A program made the position numbers and the translations under genes. The notes beneath the pieces are model-generated. The model was not told the DNA's origin, did no database searches, and worked only from the letters and a program-made list of their open reading frames with translations. This document shows positions 53,695 to 63,587 of a stretch of 64,000 nt of DNA, in pieces. Within the stretch, counting starts at the first letter, position 1. Every line of letters starts with the position of its first letter. Source of the stretch: an uncultured Actinomycetota bacterium (GTDB taxonomy: Bacteria; Actinomycetota; Actinomycetes; JAHEKZ01); contig CAVURN010000002.1 in the NCBI GenBank assembly GCA_963743915.1, positions 160,001 through 224,000 of the forward strand, in the 5' to 3' direction.

Positions 53695-54668
53695 GGTTCG
53701 TCCTTCATCGCTGCGACGGCGTCGAGCAGCTCGGCGCATCGCACGGACTCTGCCTCCTCGACCACGTACGCGTCCACCTCGCCGCGGATCCGTCGGGACA
53801 CCGAGCTCACCATGAGCGCGTAGGCATCGCACGCGGGGAAGGACTCCTGCCAGTGCGTGGCACCGTCGGTCAGGTCGAGCTCGGAAGCCGTACCCCAACT
53901 GGTGAACGCGGGCGACCCCCAGGTGAGGGCGAGCTGGTCGCCGGTCAGGTGAAGAGCCTGGTGCTCAGGCTCGAGGAAGGACATGTGCGCCTGCGCCGAT
54001 GCGCCGTCCGACGTGCAGAGCCGCGCGGCCGTGCTCAGGTCGACCCCGGCCGCCGACCGCTCCCGCACCACGCTCTCGACCCGCCAGTCAGCCGAGATCC
54101 AGGTCGTGGCCGGCCGGAGCACGTAGGGCCCGACGTCCAGCAGGGAGCCGCCACCGCGGGTCGGGTCGAGGCGGTAGTTGTCCTGAGGTACGCCGTCGAA
54201 GGTGAAGGACGCCGCGATCGAGCGCACCCGTCCGACATCTCCCTGCCGCACCATCGCGTCGACGCGTCGGGTGCGGGGATGCCACTGCGTCCATGCGGCC
54301 TCGACGAGCAGGCGGTCCACCCCACGGGCGGTGTCGAACGCCGCGCGAGCCTGGGCAGCGTCGAGCGTGAGGGGCTTCTCGCAGAGCACGTGCTTGCCGG
54401 CCCGCAAGGCCTTGACGATCCAGGGCAGGTGCGCCTCGTTGGTGAGCGAGATGTAGACGGCCTCCACCCGGTCGTCGTCGAGCACGGCGCCGTACTCGTC
54501 GCCGACCGCCCGCGGCTCGAGAGCCTCGGCGCGCCGACGGTCGCGTGCCGCGACCGACTGCAGCGACGCCTCGGGGGTGGCATGGACCGCGGGGGCCATG
54601 GCCCGCGACGCGACGAACCCAGCGCCGAGGAACCCCCACCGGACGGGGTCGGACGCAGCTGCGCTCAC
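53691..54668 (-). CDS. Gfo/Idh/MocA family oxidoreductase
   Basis: WGFLGAGFVA, AGKHVLCEKP, GGGSLLDVGPY. Confidence 0.93.
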   Translation of the reverse strand: MSAAASDPVRWGFLGAGFVASRAMAPAVHATPEASLQSVAARDRRRAEALEPRAVGDEYGAVLDDDRVEAVYISLTNEAHLPWIVKALRAGKHVLCEKPLTLDAAQARAAFDTARGVDRLLVEAAWTQWHPRTRRVDAMVRQGDVGRVRSIAASFTFDGVPQDNYRLDPTRGGGSLLDVGPYVLRPATTWISADWRVESVVRERSAAGVDLSTAARLCTSDGASAQAHMSFLEPEHQALHLTGDQLALTWGSPAFTSWGTASELDLTDGATHWQESFPACDAYALMVSSVSRRIRGEVDAYVVEEAESVRCAELLDAVAAMKDEP

Positions 54669-56329
54669 GACTCGCCGTCGACGCGCACCGGCTGACCCCC
54701 CGCCCTGGCGGATGCGCGGGCGGCCTCCATGACGGCGACCACCCGACGCGACTGCTCCGCGCGGACCTGCATCGGCCAGCCGGTGCAGAGCTCATCGACG
54801 AGCTCTGCGTGGAAGGCATGCGGGGGAGCGGGCATCAACGCGAGGGTCGTCTCCGACCCGTCAGGAGCGAACCGCAGGACCTGGGGTGGCGCGTCGGTGA
54901 CGGCGAGGACGTCCTCGTCCAACGTGCCGATGGCGCTGCGACGGGTGACGGTGGTCCGTCGCCAGGTGCTCGACAGCGCGCCCTCCGTACCCAGGAGGTA
55001 CCAGCGTGGTTTGAGTGCCGCCGCGAGGTCGGAGTGCACGAACGACGCCTCCACCCCGTCGGTGAACCGGAGAGTGAGGCTGGTGTGGTCGGCATTGGTC
55101 ACGTCATGCCACCGGCGCTTGTGCTCGAGGGCCGTCACGTGGTCGATCCGCTGCGGGTGGAGGGCCAGCAGCTGGTCGATGACGTGCGAGCCCCAGTCGT
55201 ACACGGCGCCGCCTGACACCGCCTCGTCGGAGTGCCAGTAGTTGCAGGGATGGCCGTAGCCACCGATGAAGGTCTCGATGTGGAAGACCTCACCGATCGC
55301 CCCGGAGCGGACCACGTCGAGCACGGTGCGGAAGTCGGGGTCGAACCGGCGGTTCTGGTACACGACCGCGGTGCGTCCGGTGCGCCGCGCTGCTTCGAGA
55401 ACCCGGTCCGCCTCTTCACCGGTGAGGGCAAAGGGCTTCTCGACGACGACGTGCTTGCCGGCCTCCAGGCAGCGGACCGCCCAGTCGGCGTGCGTGTCCG
55501 GCGGCGTCGAGACCACCACCACGTCGACCGTGGGATCGTCGAGCAACGCCTGGGCGTCCGTGCTGGTCCGGACCTTCGGAAAGTCCCGGCTCGCGGCGTC
55601 CAGCCGGCTCTCGGCGCGGTCACACACGAGCCGCAGGTCGAGCTGCGGCAGTGCGGCCACGGCACGGGCGTGCTCGGCGCCGATCGCGCCGAAGGCCAGC
55701 AGGCCGACCCCGAAGGGGGTGGTGTGGAGCACGGACGACGAGCCGGTGGCCCGGAGCAGCAGCAGGTGCAGCAGTCGGGCGGCGGTTCGCGCGTCGTCGG
55801 GGGTGCCGGGGATCACGCTGAACGAACCCACCGAGGTCTCGGGGTTCCACGTGGCGACGGGATGGGAGGTGAGACCGATCTGGGCGGTGAGCCACACCTC
55901 GACGACTTCACCGATCTTCTCGGTCGTCAGGATCGGTGTCTCGATCTCCGCAGACGCCCGCAGTGGGTCAACGGCGTCGCACCAGCCCTCAGGGGCGGTG
56001 GGGGAGAGCCGCGAGGGGTGACGTGGAGCCCAGGGACCGGTGACGATGCCGAGGGCGTCGTCGAGGGGCGCGAGCTCGACCCCCGCCGTCGGACCGAGCA
56101 GGAGCAGGGGCTGACCGGTAGCGGCGGCATCTCGGACCGCGCCTTCGGCGAGCGCGGGGAGCGGACCACGGCTCCAGACGAGGACCACGTCAACGGGGGA
56201 CTGGTCCTGCCGCCCCGCCTCCTGCCATCCAGCGGCCCGCAGGGCGTCGCGCCACTGCTCGAGCACCCAACGGTCGTCGGCACCGGCCTCACCGACCACC
56301 CACTGCACGCGTCCTGGCGCGTCCTTCAT
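54665..56329 (-). CDS. Gfo/Idh/MocA oxidoreductase with ~200-aa N-terminal extra domain
   Basis: VGLLAFGAIG, AGKHVVVEKP, YQNRRFDPDF, SGGAVYDWGSH; GGGAGG RBS; alternative start 56341. Confidence 0.88.
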   Translation of the reverse strand: MKDAPGRVQWVVGEAGADDRWVLEQWRDALRAAGWQEAGRQDQSPVDVVLVWSRGPLPALAEGAVRDAAATGQPLLLLGPTAGVELAPLDDALGIVTGPWAPRHPSRLSPTAPEGWCDAVDPLRASAEIETPILTTEKIGEVVEVWLTAQIGLTSHPVATWNPETSVGSFSVIPGTPDDARTAARLLHLLLLRATGSSSVLHTTPFGVGLLAFGAIGAEHARAVAALPQLDLRLVCDRAESRLDAASRDFPKVRTSTDAQALLDDPTVDVVVVSTPPDTHADWAVRCLEAGKHVVVEKPFALTGEEADRVLEAARRTGRTAVVYQNRRFDPDFRTVLDVVRSGAIGEVFHIETFIGGYGHPCNYWHSDEAVSGGAVYDWGSHVIDQLLALHPQRIDHVTALEHKRRWHDVTNADHTSLTLRFTDGVEASFVHSDLAAALKPRWYLLGTEGALSSTWRRTTVTRRSAIGTLDEDVLAVTDAPPQVLRFAPDGSETTLALMPAPPHAFHAELVDELCTGWPMQVRAEQSRRVVAVMEAARASARAGGQPVRVDGES

Positions 56330-56468
56330 CCGACCTCCCATCGACGCAATGACCCTAGGCGACTGGTCGGACAGCGCCAACCGCAAAGGAGATGCCTTCT
56401 TGCCGGCGGGTCTTACGGCCCTGACCTGCGACGACGGCACTGGTTACCGTGAAGTGGGGGTGAGGACA

Positions 56469-57530
56469 ATGCTGACCAAGACACTCACCGCACCACTCGA
56501 CCCGTACCCCGACTCCTTCCCCGAGCCGTTCGAGCGGCTCGTCTCCGAGCACGTGCTCACACCGGAGCAAGCCCGCCTGGTGCTGGACGCGCTGAAGCAG
56601 GAGAGTCCGCCACCGCCTGTACCTGCGCGCACGACACCTGCGCGCACACCGTGGGCAGCCCGGTTCGCTGAGATCGGCGCGTACCTCGGCGCCGCCCTCG
56701 TGGCCGCAGCAGGCGGGGTCGTCGTCGCCCAGCAATGGGGCGACATGACGTACGCCCTGCGCGTGGGCGTCCTCGGCGTCACGACTCTGGTCCTCGTCCT
56801 CGCGGCGATGGGCGTCGTGATGTTCCGTGGCTCTCGGGCGTGGGACGACCTTCCCAACGGCGACACGCTGCGCAGGCTCGCCGGCACCCTCTTCACGCTC
56901 GGTGCAGGGACCGCATTCGGCACCGTGATGGTCGCGATGCTCAGCGAGCAGGAGGCCGTCAGCGAGTTCGAAGCCGGACGCGCCACTCTCATCGCGGCCG
57001 GAACGGCGTTCGCGATCCTGGTCGCCACCCGATTGCTCGCAGTCTCGGCTCTGGCCGAGCTGGCGCTGTTCGGCGCGATGGTGGGCATGGTGGCCGGCGT
57101 TCTCGCCATGACGACGCAGGACGACGAGTACTCCGCATACGCCATGCAGTGGACCCTGCTGGTGACCGGGCTGACCTGGGCTCTGATGGCGACCTACACC
57201 CGGCTGCTGAAGAACCGCACCTTGGGGACGGCGCTCGGTCTGGCTCTGGCGCTGTTCGGGGCCGCATCGATCGCGGACCACCCGTGGTCGCACCGGATCG
57301 CCCTGCTGACGCTCGTGGCCGTCACGCTCGCCGTGTACCTGACCCGCCCCAGCTGGCCCTACATCGCCACAGCCATCGTCGCCGCGGTCATCCTCACCGT
57401 CACTTGGGTGGGAGAGGCCGTCGGTGCGGCGCTCGCCCTCCTGTCGGCAGGCGTAGTGGTGCTGGTCCTCGCAGGTGGGGCGCTCTCCTGCACCTGCACC
57501 GGGGCTCCACGACGAGGTCGGCGCATGTGG
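56469..57530 (+). CDS. DUF2157-like polytopic membrane protein (3' end uncertain, indels ~57485)
   Basis: LVSEHVLTPEQA..., AEIGAYLGAAL, QQWGDM, ~10 TM helices. Confidence 0.72.
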
Positions 57531-57814
57531 ATCCTCTTTGGGCACCTTGTCCGACGCCGACGGGCGAGCGCCCGCGAGCTCTACGAGCGACGGCTCACCT
57601 GGATCACCGACGACATGCGAGCTCGGCCCGCCAGCACGGCTGCCGCTTCCATCGAGCCTGGTACTCCGAGGATGACAACACCTTCTATGCACTGGCGCTC
57701 TGGGACTCGCGCGAAGGTGCACGTGCGTTCTTCGCCGAGTGGCAGATAGCAGATGAGCCCGGTGAGACGGCCATCGAGCTGTTGGGCGATGTGGGTCTGG
57801 TCCCGCTGCCCTGA
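57525..57814 (+). CDS. Small alpha+beta barrel-like hypothetical protein (indels)
   Basis: GAGG RBS, MWILF...ELYERRLTWITDDMR then HGCRFHRAWYSEDDNTFYALALWDSREGARAFFAEW in the adjacent frame. Confidence 0.6.
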
Positions 57815-57905
57815 CGCTCACCATCCGACGTGCGTTGATCCCCACCTGGCGAGTCGGTAGCGTCCGACATGACAAGCGGCTCAGGGGGGCTTTGGGGGCT
57901 CCACC

Positions 57906-59311
57906 ATGAGCATCGCTTCACGTGTACCCCTGGTCTCACTCACCGTCGGAGGACTCCTCGCTGCGGGGCTGGCGGCAGGGTTGTCGGCCCCGGCCGAGGC
58001 CGTGCCCCCCGCCACGGTGGAGATTGCCCCGACGGCTCCCAACATCCTCATCATCAACACTGACGACCAGCGCTACACCGAAAGCCTCGCAGGTCCAGCC
58101 CTTCGTCCGGTCGTACTTCGGCGGCGGGGGAACCGAGTACGTCAACGGAATGGTCAGCACCACCCTCTGCTGTCCGTCGCGGACCTCGCTGTTCTCGGGC
58201 CGGTACTCGCACAACACCGGAATCACCGGGAACGGGCTCACCGAGCTCGTGGCTGCCTTCGACCAGGACGCCACGATCCAGGGATACCTCCAGGACGCCG
58301 GCTACAACACCGCCCTCGTCGGCAAGTTCCTGAACACGGTGCCGCTTGTCACGCTCGCCGCTGAACTGGAACCGCTGGGCCTGGTTCCCTGGCGGCTACG
58401 TCGACCGCTCCTTCAACGTGGACGGGACGGTGCGGAGGACGACCGGGTACTACACAGGTCCGATGGGCAACTACGCCACCTCGTTCCTGCAGTCGTTCGA
58501 GGCCCAGGACGACAAGCCGTGGCTGCTCTACCTCGCGCCGCAGGCGCCGCACAGCGGATGGGTGCCTGAGTCCAAGTACGCGTCGGCCCCGGTTCCACCG
58601 GCCGTCCACCCGCCCAACTGGAACGAGCAGGACGTCAGCGACAAGCCGCCGCCTGTGCGTACTCGCTCGGTGGTCAGCGACAGCTCGTACAACACCGTGC
58701 GAACACAGATGCTCCGTACGCTGATGTCGGTCGACGACCTGGTGCAACGGGTCACCACCGAGATGACTGCGCTCGGTGAGGACGAGAACACGCTCGCCAT
58801 CTACATGTCCGACAACGGCTACATGTGGGCCGAGCACCGGCTCACCGCCAAACGTTTCCCCTACATGGAGTCGGTCGAGGTGCCCTTCCTGGTCCGATGG
58901 CCAGGGCACATCCCCGAGGGGGTGACCTCCGACCGACTGGTGCTCCAGATCGACGTGCTGCCGACCCTGCTCGAGGCTGCAGGCGTGCAGCCGAACCTCA
59001 CCTATCCGTTGGACGGCCAGTCACTCCTGAGCCCGGATGAACGCGACGAGGTGTATCTGGAGTACTTCAAGAGTCCCGACGCCGCGCTGGGTCCATGGGC
59101 CAGTGTGCGCAGCAAGACGTTCCAGTACACGGAGTGGTACTACGTCACGACGGGGGAGCTCAAGTTCCGGGAGTACTACGACCTGACCAACGACCCCTAC
59201 CAGCTGGTCAACCTGCTGCGGAACGGGACGACCGCAGACGACCCGGATGTGTCGGAGCTGCACGACCGACTCACCGCCTACCGCACCTGCACCGGATCCA
59301 GCTGCCCGTGA
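57906..59311 (+). CDS. Secreted Cys-type sulfatase (frameshifts ~58085, ~58350)
   Basis: Signal peptide, PNILIINTDDQ, LCCPSRTSLFSGRYSHNTG (CxPxR), GKFLN, APQAPH, YMSDNG, EYYDLTNDPYQLVN. Confidence 0.92.
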
Positions 59312-59326
59312 GCCCGCTCCTGATGA

Positions 59327-61806
59327 CTACGCCGTGACACGTTCACCCGTGGGGTCGTACCACGGTCGTAGCGATGCCTGCGCGGGGATGCGTTCGCAGG
59401 CGACTTCCACCTCGAAGGTGCCTGAGCCGACGAAGTCTGCGTCGACTCCACCGTCGGCGTTCTCGACGTAGCCCATGGCCAGCGGGGCAGCGAGGGTGTG
59501 CCCGTACATGCCGGACGTGACGCGTCCGACCAGTGTCCCGTCCCTCCAGATGGGCTCGTTGTGATACGCGAACGCGTCATCGTCTCCCAGTTTGAGCTGC
59601 ACCAGTCGTCGCGCAGGCGCTTTGCCGCGCACCGCTGCCAACGCCTCGAGTCCGACGAACCCTCCGGGCTTGTCCCAGGCGACCGCGAACCCGAGCCCTG
59701 CCTCCAGCGGGTTGTCGTCGGGGGAGATGTCGTGCCCCCAGTGCCGGTAGCCCTTCTCCATCCGGAGCGAGTTGAGGGCGTGGTAGCCGCACAGTGTGAG
59801 CCCGTGGTCGGCGACCCGCAGACTCCAGCGCGTCGAAGACACCGGCGGCGAACTCCGTCGGCACGTAGAGCTCCCAGCCGAGCTCCCCGACGTAGGTGAT
59901 CCGGCTCGCGCGTACGCGCGCGTACCCGACGTCGACGACGCGTGAGCTGCGGAAGGGGAACGCGTCGTTGCTGAGGTCGATGTCGGTGAGTGGCTGGAGC
60001 AGAGCGCGGGAGTGCGGCCCCATGACGCTCAGCACGGCCATCGCAGAGGTGACGTCGGTGACCCAGCACCGGTCGGACGCCGCGACGCTGCGGCGCAGCC
60101 AGGCAAGGTCACGCACCTGGGTGGCAGCGGCAGAGACCACCAGGAACTGGTCCGGCGCCTCTCGGGTCACCGTGACGTCGGCCTCGATCGTGCCCTGCTC
60201 GTTCAACCACTGGGTGTAGACGATCGTGCCCACCGGCACCGCGACGTCGTTGGCGCAGATCCGGTTCAAGACCGCCTCGGCGTCCGGCCCCTGCACCAGG
60301 AACTTGCCGAAGGACGAAAGGTCGAACAGACCGACCGACTCCCGAACGGCCTGGTGCTCGGCAGCCGAGTGCGCGAACCAGTTCTGGCGGCCGTAGCTGT
60401 ACGCGTAGACAGGTTCGACGCCGGCCGGCGCGTACCAGTTGGCACGCTCCCAGCCGGCGGTCTCGCCGAAGCAGGCCCCCCGGGCGGCGAGGCGATCGTG
60501 GAGCACGGACCGGCGGACACCCCGTGCCGTCTCCGGCTGCCGGAACGGCCAGTGCATGGCGTAGAGCAGCCCGAGCGTCTCCACGGTGCGGTCGTGCAGG
60601 TACGAGGCGTTGCCCTGAAAGGGCATCATCCGGCGGACATCGACGTCCCACAGATCCATCGGAGGGCGACCGTCGACGATCCAGTCCGCCAGCACCTTGC
60701 CGGCGCCACCCGAGGACTGGATTCCGATCGAGTTGAAGCCGCACGCCAGGAACAGGCCGGCGACGTCGGGGGACTCGCCCAGCAGGTAGCGGTCGTCCGG
60801 CGTGAACGACTCCGGACCGTTGAAGAAGAGCTGGATGCCCGTCTCGGCCAGAAGCGGCATCCGGTGCGCGGCAGCCTCGAGCAGCGGCGCGACGTGGTCG
60901 ATGTCCGCCGGCAGGGTGCCGAACGCGAAGCCCTCGGGGATCCCGCCTGATCCGTCGGAAGCCGTCATGCCCCAGGGTTTGGCCACCGGCTCGAACCAGC
61001 CGACCAGCAGCTTGCCCGCTTCTTCCTTGAAGTACCCGTGCCCGTCCTGGTCGCGGAGCACCGGCATCGTCGGAGAGAGGCCATCGACGGGCTCGGTGAC
61101 GATGTAGAAGTGTTCAGCCGCGTGCAGGGGAACCACGGCGCCGACCTGCTTGCCGAGGTCCCGGCCCCACATGCCGGCGGCGTTGACGACGACATCGGCG
61201 GTCAGCCGGTGCGCACGGCCTTCAGTGGAGTACTCGACCCCCACGGCACGACCGTCACGCGTGAGGATGCGGTCGACCTTGGTGTTCTCGGCGATGGTGA
61301 CGCCGCGTGCCTGCGCTCCCTTGGCGAAGGCCCGGGTGGTGTCGACGGGGTTCGTCACTCCGTCACCGGGCAGGTACACCCCACCGACGAGGTCGTCGAC
61401 CCTCGCTGCGGGGACCAGGTCCGCCACGTCCGTCGGGGTGATCACCTCGACAGGGAGCCCGAAGACTCTGGCCATGGACGCCTGACGCTTGAGCTCCTCG
61501 AACCGCTCGGCGTTGTCCGCGATGCTCACCGAGCCCCTTTGCTGGAACCCCGTCGCCTGGCCGGTCTCGTCCTCGAGTGTCCGGAAGAGCTCCGTGGTGT
61601 ACTGCGCCAGGCGCGTCATGTTGTGGGATGGCGCGCAGCTGGCCGACCAGCCCAGCGGCGTGCCACGTGGTGCCACTGGTGAGTTCTTTCCGCTCGAGAA
61701 GGACTACGTCCGTCACGCCGCGCAGCGCCAGGTGGTAGGCGACGCTGCAGCCGACGATGCCGCCTCCGACAATCACGACCCGGGTGTGTTCTGGGAGCTG
61801 TGTCAC
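59327..61806 (-). CDS. GcvT-family FAD oxidoreductase, dimethylglycine/sarcosine dehydrogenase-like (frameshifts ~61630, ~59815)
   Basis: VIVGGGIVG, SGTTWHAAG, NGPESFTPD, GWERANWY, TYVGELGWELY, SLRMEKGYRHWG, PWYDPTGER. Confidence 0.92.
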
Positions 61807-61831
61807 GGAACCTGAGGGTAGACAGTGCCTG

Positions 61832-62254
61832 TCAGTCACTGATCGGGCGCGCCATGCCGATCGAGTCCGGGGCGGTGGGCCTGAACCCATGGCGCTCGTA
61901 CAGTCGCCGGCCCGGCGGGTCTGCCAGAAGCGTGATCCAGGCACCCGGCGGGGCGGCCTCATCGATGCGCGCGAGCAGCGCCGTCATGATCGCGCCCCCG
62001 AGCCCACGCCGTTGGTGGGCCGGGTCGACCGCGATGTCGACGAGGTGGAAGTACCAACCGCCGTCGCCCAGGATCCGGCCCATCCCGACCACCGTGCCGG
62101 AGGCTTGATGGACGACCTGGCAGGCCCACCAGCTGCCGGGGAGTCCCGCTTCGGCCTGGTCGGGTCGCTTCGGGGTCAGCCCCGAGTCGGCCCGGAGCCT
62201 CAGGTAGTCGCTGACGGTGGGAACCTCAGCGCGCAGTTCATATCCTTCGACCAT
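61832..62254 (-). CDS. GNAT family N-acetyltransferase
   Basis: VGMGRILGDGG, VDIAVDPAHQRRGLG, LYERHGF. Confidence 0.92.
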   Translation of the reverse strand: MVEGYELRAEVPTVSDYLRLRADSGLTPKRPDQAEAGLPGSWWACQVVHQASGTVVGMGRILGDGGWYFHLVDIAVDPAHQRRGLGGAIMTALLARIDEAAPPGAWITLLADPPGRRLYERHGFRPTAPDSIGMARPISD

Positions 62255-63302
62255 GCGCCCATACTCCGGCACCGCTTCATCGCTCTGGGACCCGGTGCTG
62301 ACCGGCCGACTCGACGAGCACCGGTTCGAGAGCCGCCTGCTCGAGGGCAACCCGCTCCAGGACCCGTCCGAGCGGCCGCTGCTGGTCTACCTGCCGCCCG
62401 GCTACGAGGAGGACGACTCGCGCCGGTACCCGTCCATCTATGTGATCCAGGGCTACACCGGCCAGGTCCTCATGTGGCGCAACCGCGAACCCTTCCGGCG
62501 GACCTTCATCGAGACCGTCGACGAGGTGTTCGCCGACGGTGCGCCCCCGTGCATCGTCGTCTTCGTCGACGCCTGGACGTCCTACGGCGGGAGCCAGTTC
62601 GTCGACTCTCCCGGCACCGGCCGCTACCACTCGTACCTGTGCGACGAGGTGGTCCCGTGGATCGACAGCCACTACCGCACGATCGACGCTCCCGGATCTC
62701 GCGCCATCACCGGCAAGTCGAGTGGAGGCTTCGGCGCGATGATCACGCCGATGCTTCGCCCCGACCTGTTCGGCGCGCTCGCGACCCATGCTGGAGATGC
62801 GCTCTACGAGTACTGCTACATCCCGGAGTTCCCGCAGGTCGTGCGCGCCCTCCGTCACTACGACGGCGACATCCAACGGTGGTGGGCGGAGTTCGGTTCC
62901 CGCCCACCGCTCGCCGATCCGAGCGACGCCGCCGTCCTCACCGCCCTCGGGGTCGCCGCATGCTTCTCCGCCGACGTGGACGGGACCCCGCAGCTCCCGT
63001 TCGACCCGGTGACCGGCACCCTGATCCCGGAGATCTGGGAGCGCTGGCTGGCATGGGACCCGGTACGGATGGTGCCGCAGCACCTGGACGCGGTGCGGTC
63101 ACTGTCTGCGGTGTGGATCGACGCGGGGACCCGCGATGACTACTCCCTTGACGTCGGGGCTCAGGCCTTCCACCAGGCCCTGCTCGACGCCGATGTGGAT
63201 CCCGGTCTGATCGCGTTCGAGCTCTTCGACGCCACGCACGCGGGGATCGGCTATCGCTATCCGATGGCGGTCGACTGGCTGGCACGGCGTCTCACGCGCT
63301 GA
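62253..63302 (+). CDS. Putative esterase (Fes/enterochelin esterase-like alpha/beta hydrolase)
   Basis: GNPLQDP, VYLPPGY, RYPSIY, ITGKSSGG nucleophile motif, IDAGTRDD, ATHAGI. Confidence 0.9.
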   Translation: MRPYSGTASSLWDPVLTGRLDEHRFESRLLEGNPLQDPSERPLLVYLPPGYEEDDSRRYPSIYVIQGYTGQVLMWRNREPFRRTFIETVDEVFADGAPPCIVVFVDAWTSYGGSQFVDSPGTGRYHSYLCDEVVPWIDSHYRTIDAPGSRAITGKSSGGFGAMITPMLRPDLFGALATHAGDALYEYCYIPEFPQVVRALRHYDGDIQRWWAEFGSRPPLADPSDAAVLTALGVAACFSADVDGTPQLPFDPVTGTLIPEIWERWLAWDPVRMVPQHLDAVRSLSAVWIDAGTRDDYSLDVGAQAFHQALLDADVDPGLIAFELFDATHAGIGYRYPMAVDWLARRLTR

Positions 63303-63385
63303 GCGGCCGCGACGTCGCCGTCGATCTCGCGTAAGGACCTCATACTGGGCGGGTGGAATCGACCACCGAGGAACGACCGACGCTC

Positions 63386-63529
63386 ATGAATCGGCTGCTG
63401 CGCGCCACTGGCCGGGCGCTGCGGGCTGTGTGCGTTCCACTGGCCGCTTTGTTGATCTTCGCAGTGCTCGCCTCCATCACGGTGTTCGCGCTGTGGGTGC
63501 TCGTGGCGCTCAGCGAGGGCTTCAGCTGA
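63386..63529 (+). CDS. 47-aa single-pass membrane peptide
   Basis: MNRLLRATGRALRAVCVPLAALLIFAVLASITVFALWVLVALSEGFS; GAGGAA upstream; below the ORF-track cutoff. Confidence 0.5.
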   Translation: MNRLLRATGRALRAVCVPLAALLIFAVLASITVFALWVLVALSEGFS

Positions 63530-63560
63530 CTGCGAGCGAGCACCGGTGACTTGACCTGCG

Positions 63561-63587
63561 TGGGGTACGAGGGGGACTCGAACCTCC
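63561..63587 (-). other. Degenerate tRNA 3' fragment (T-arm + 3' acceptor strand + CCA), possible att site
   Basis: Minus strand GGAGG-TTCGAGT-CCCCC-TCGTACC-CCA; no matching 5' half. Confidence 0.55.
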
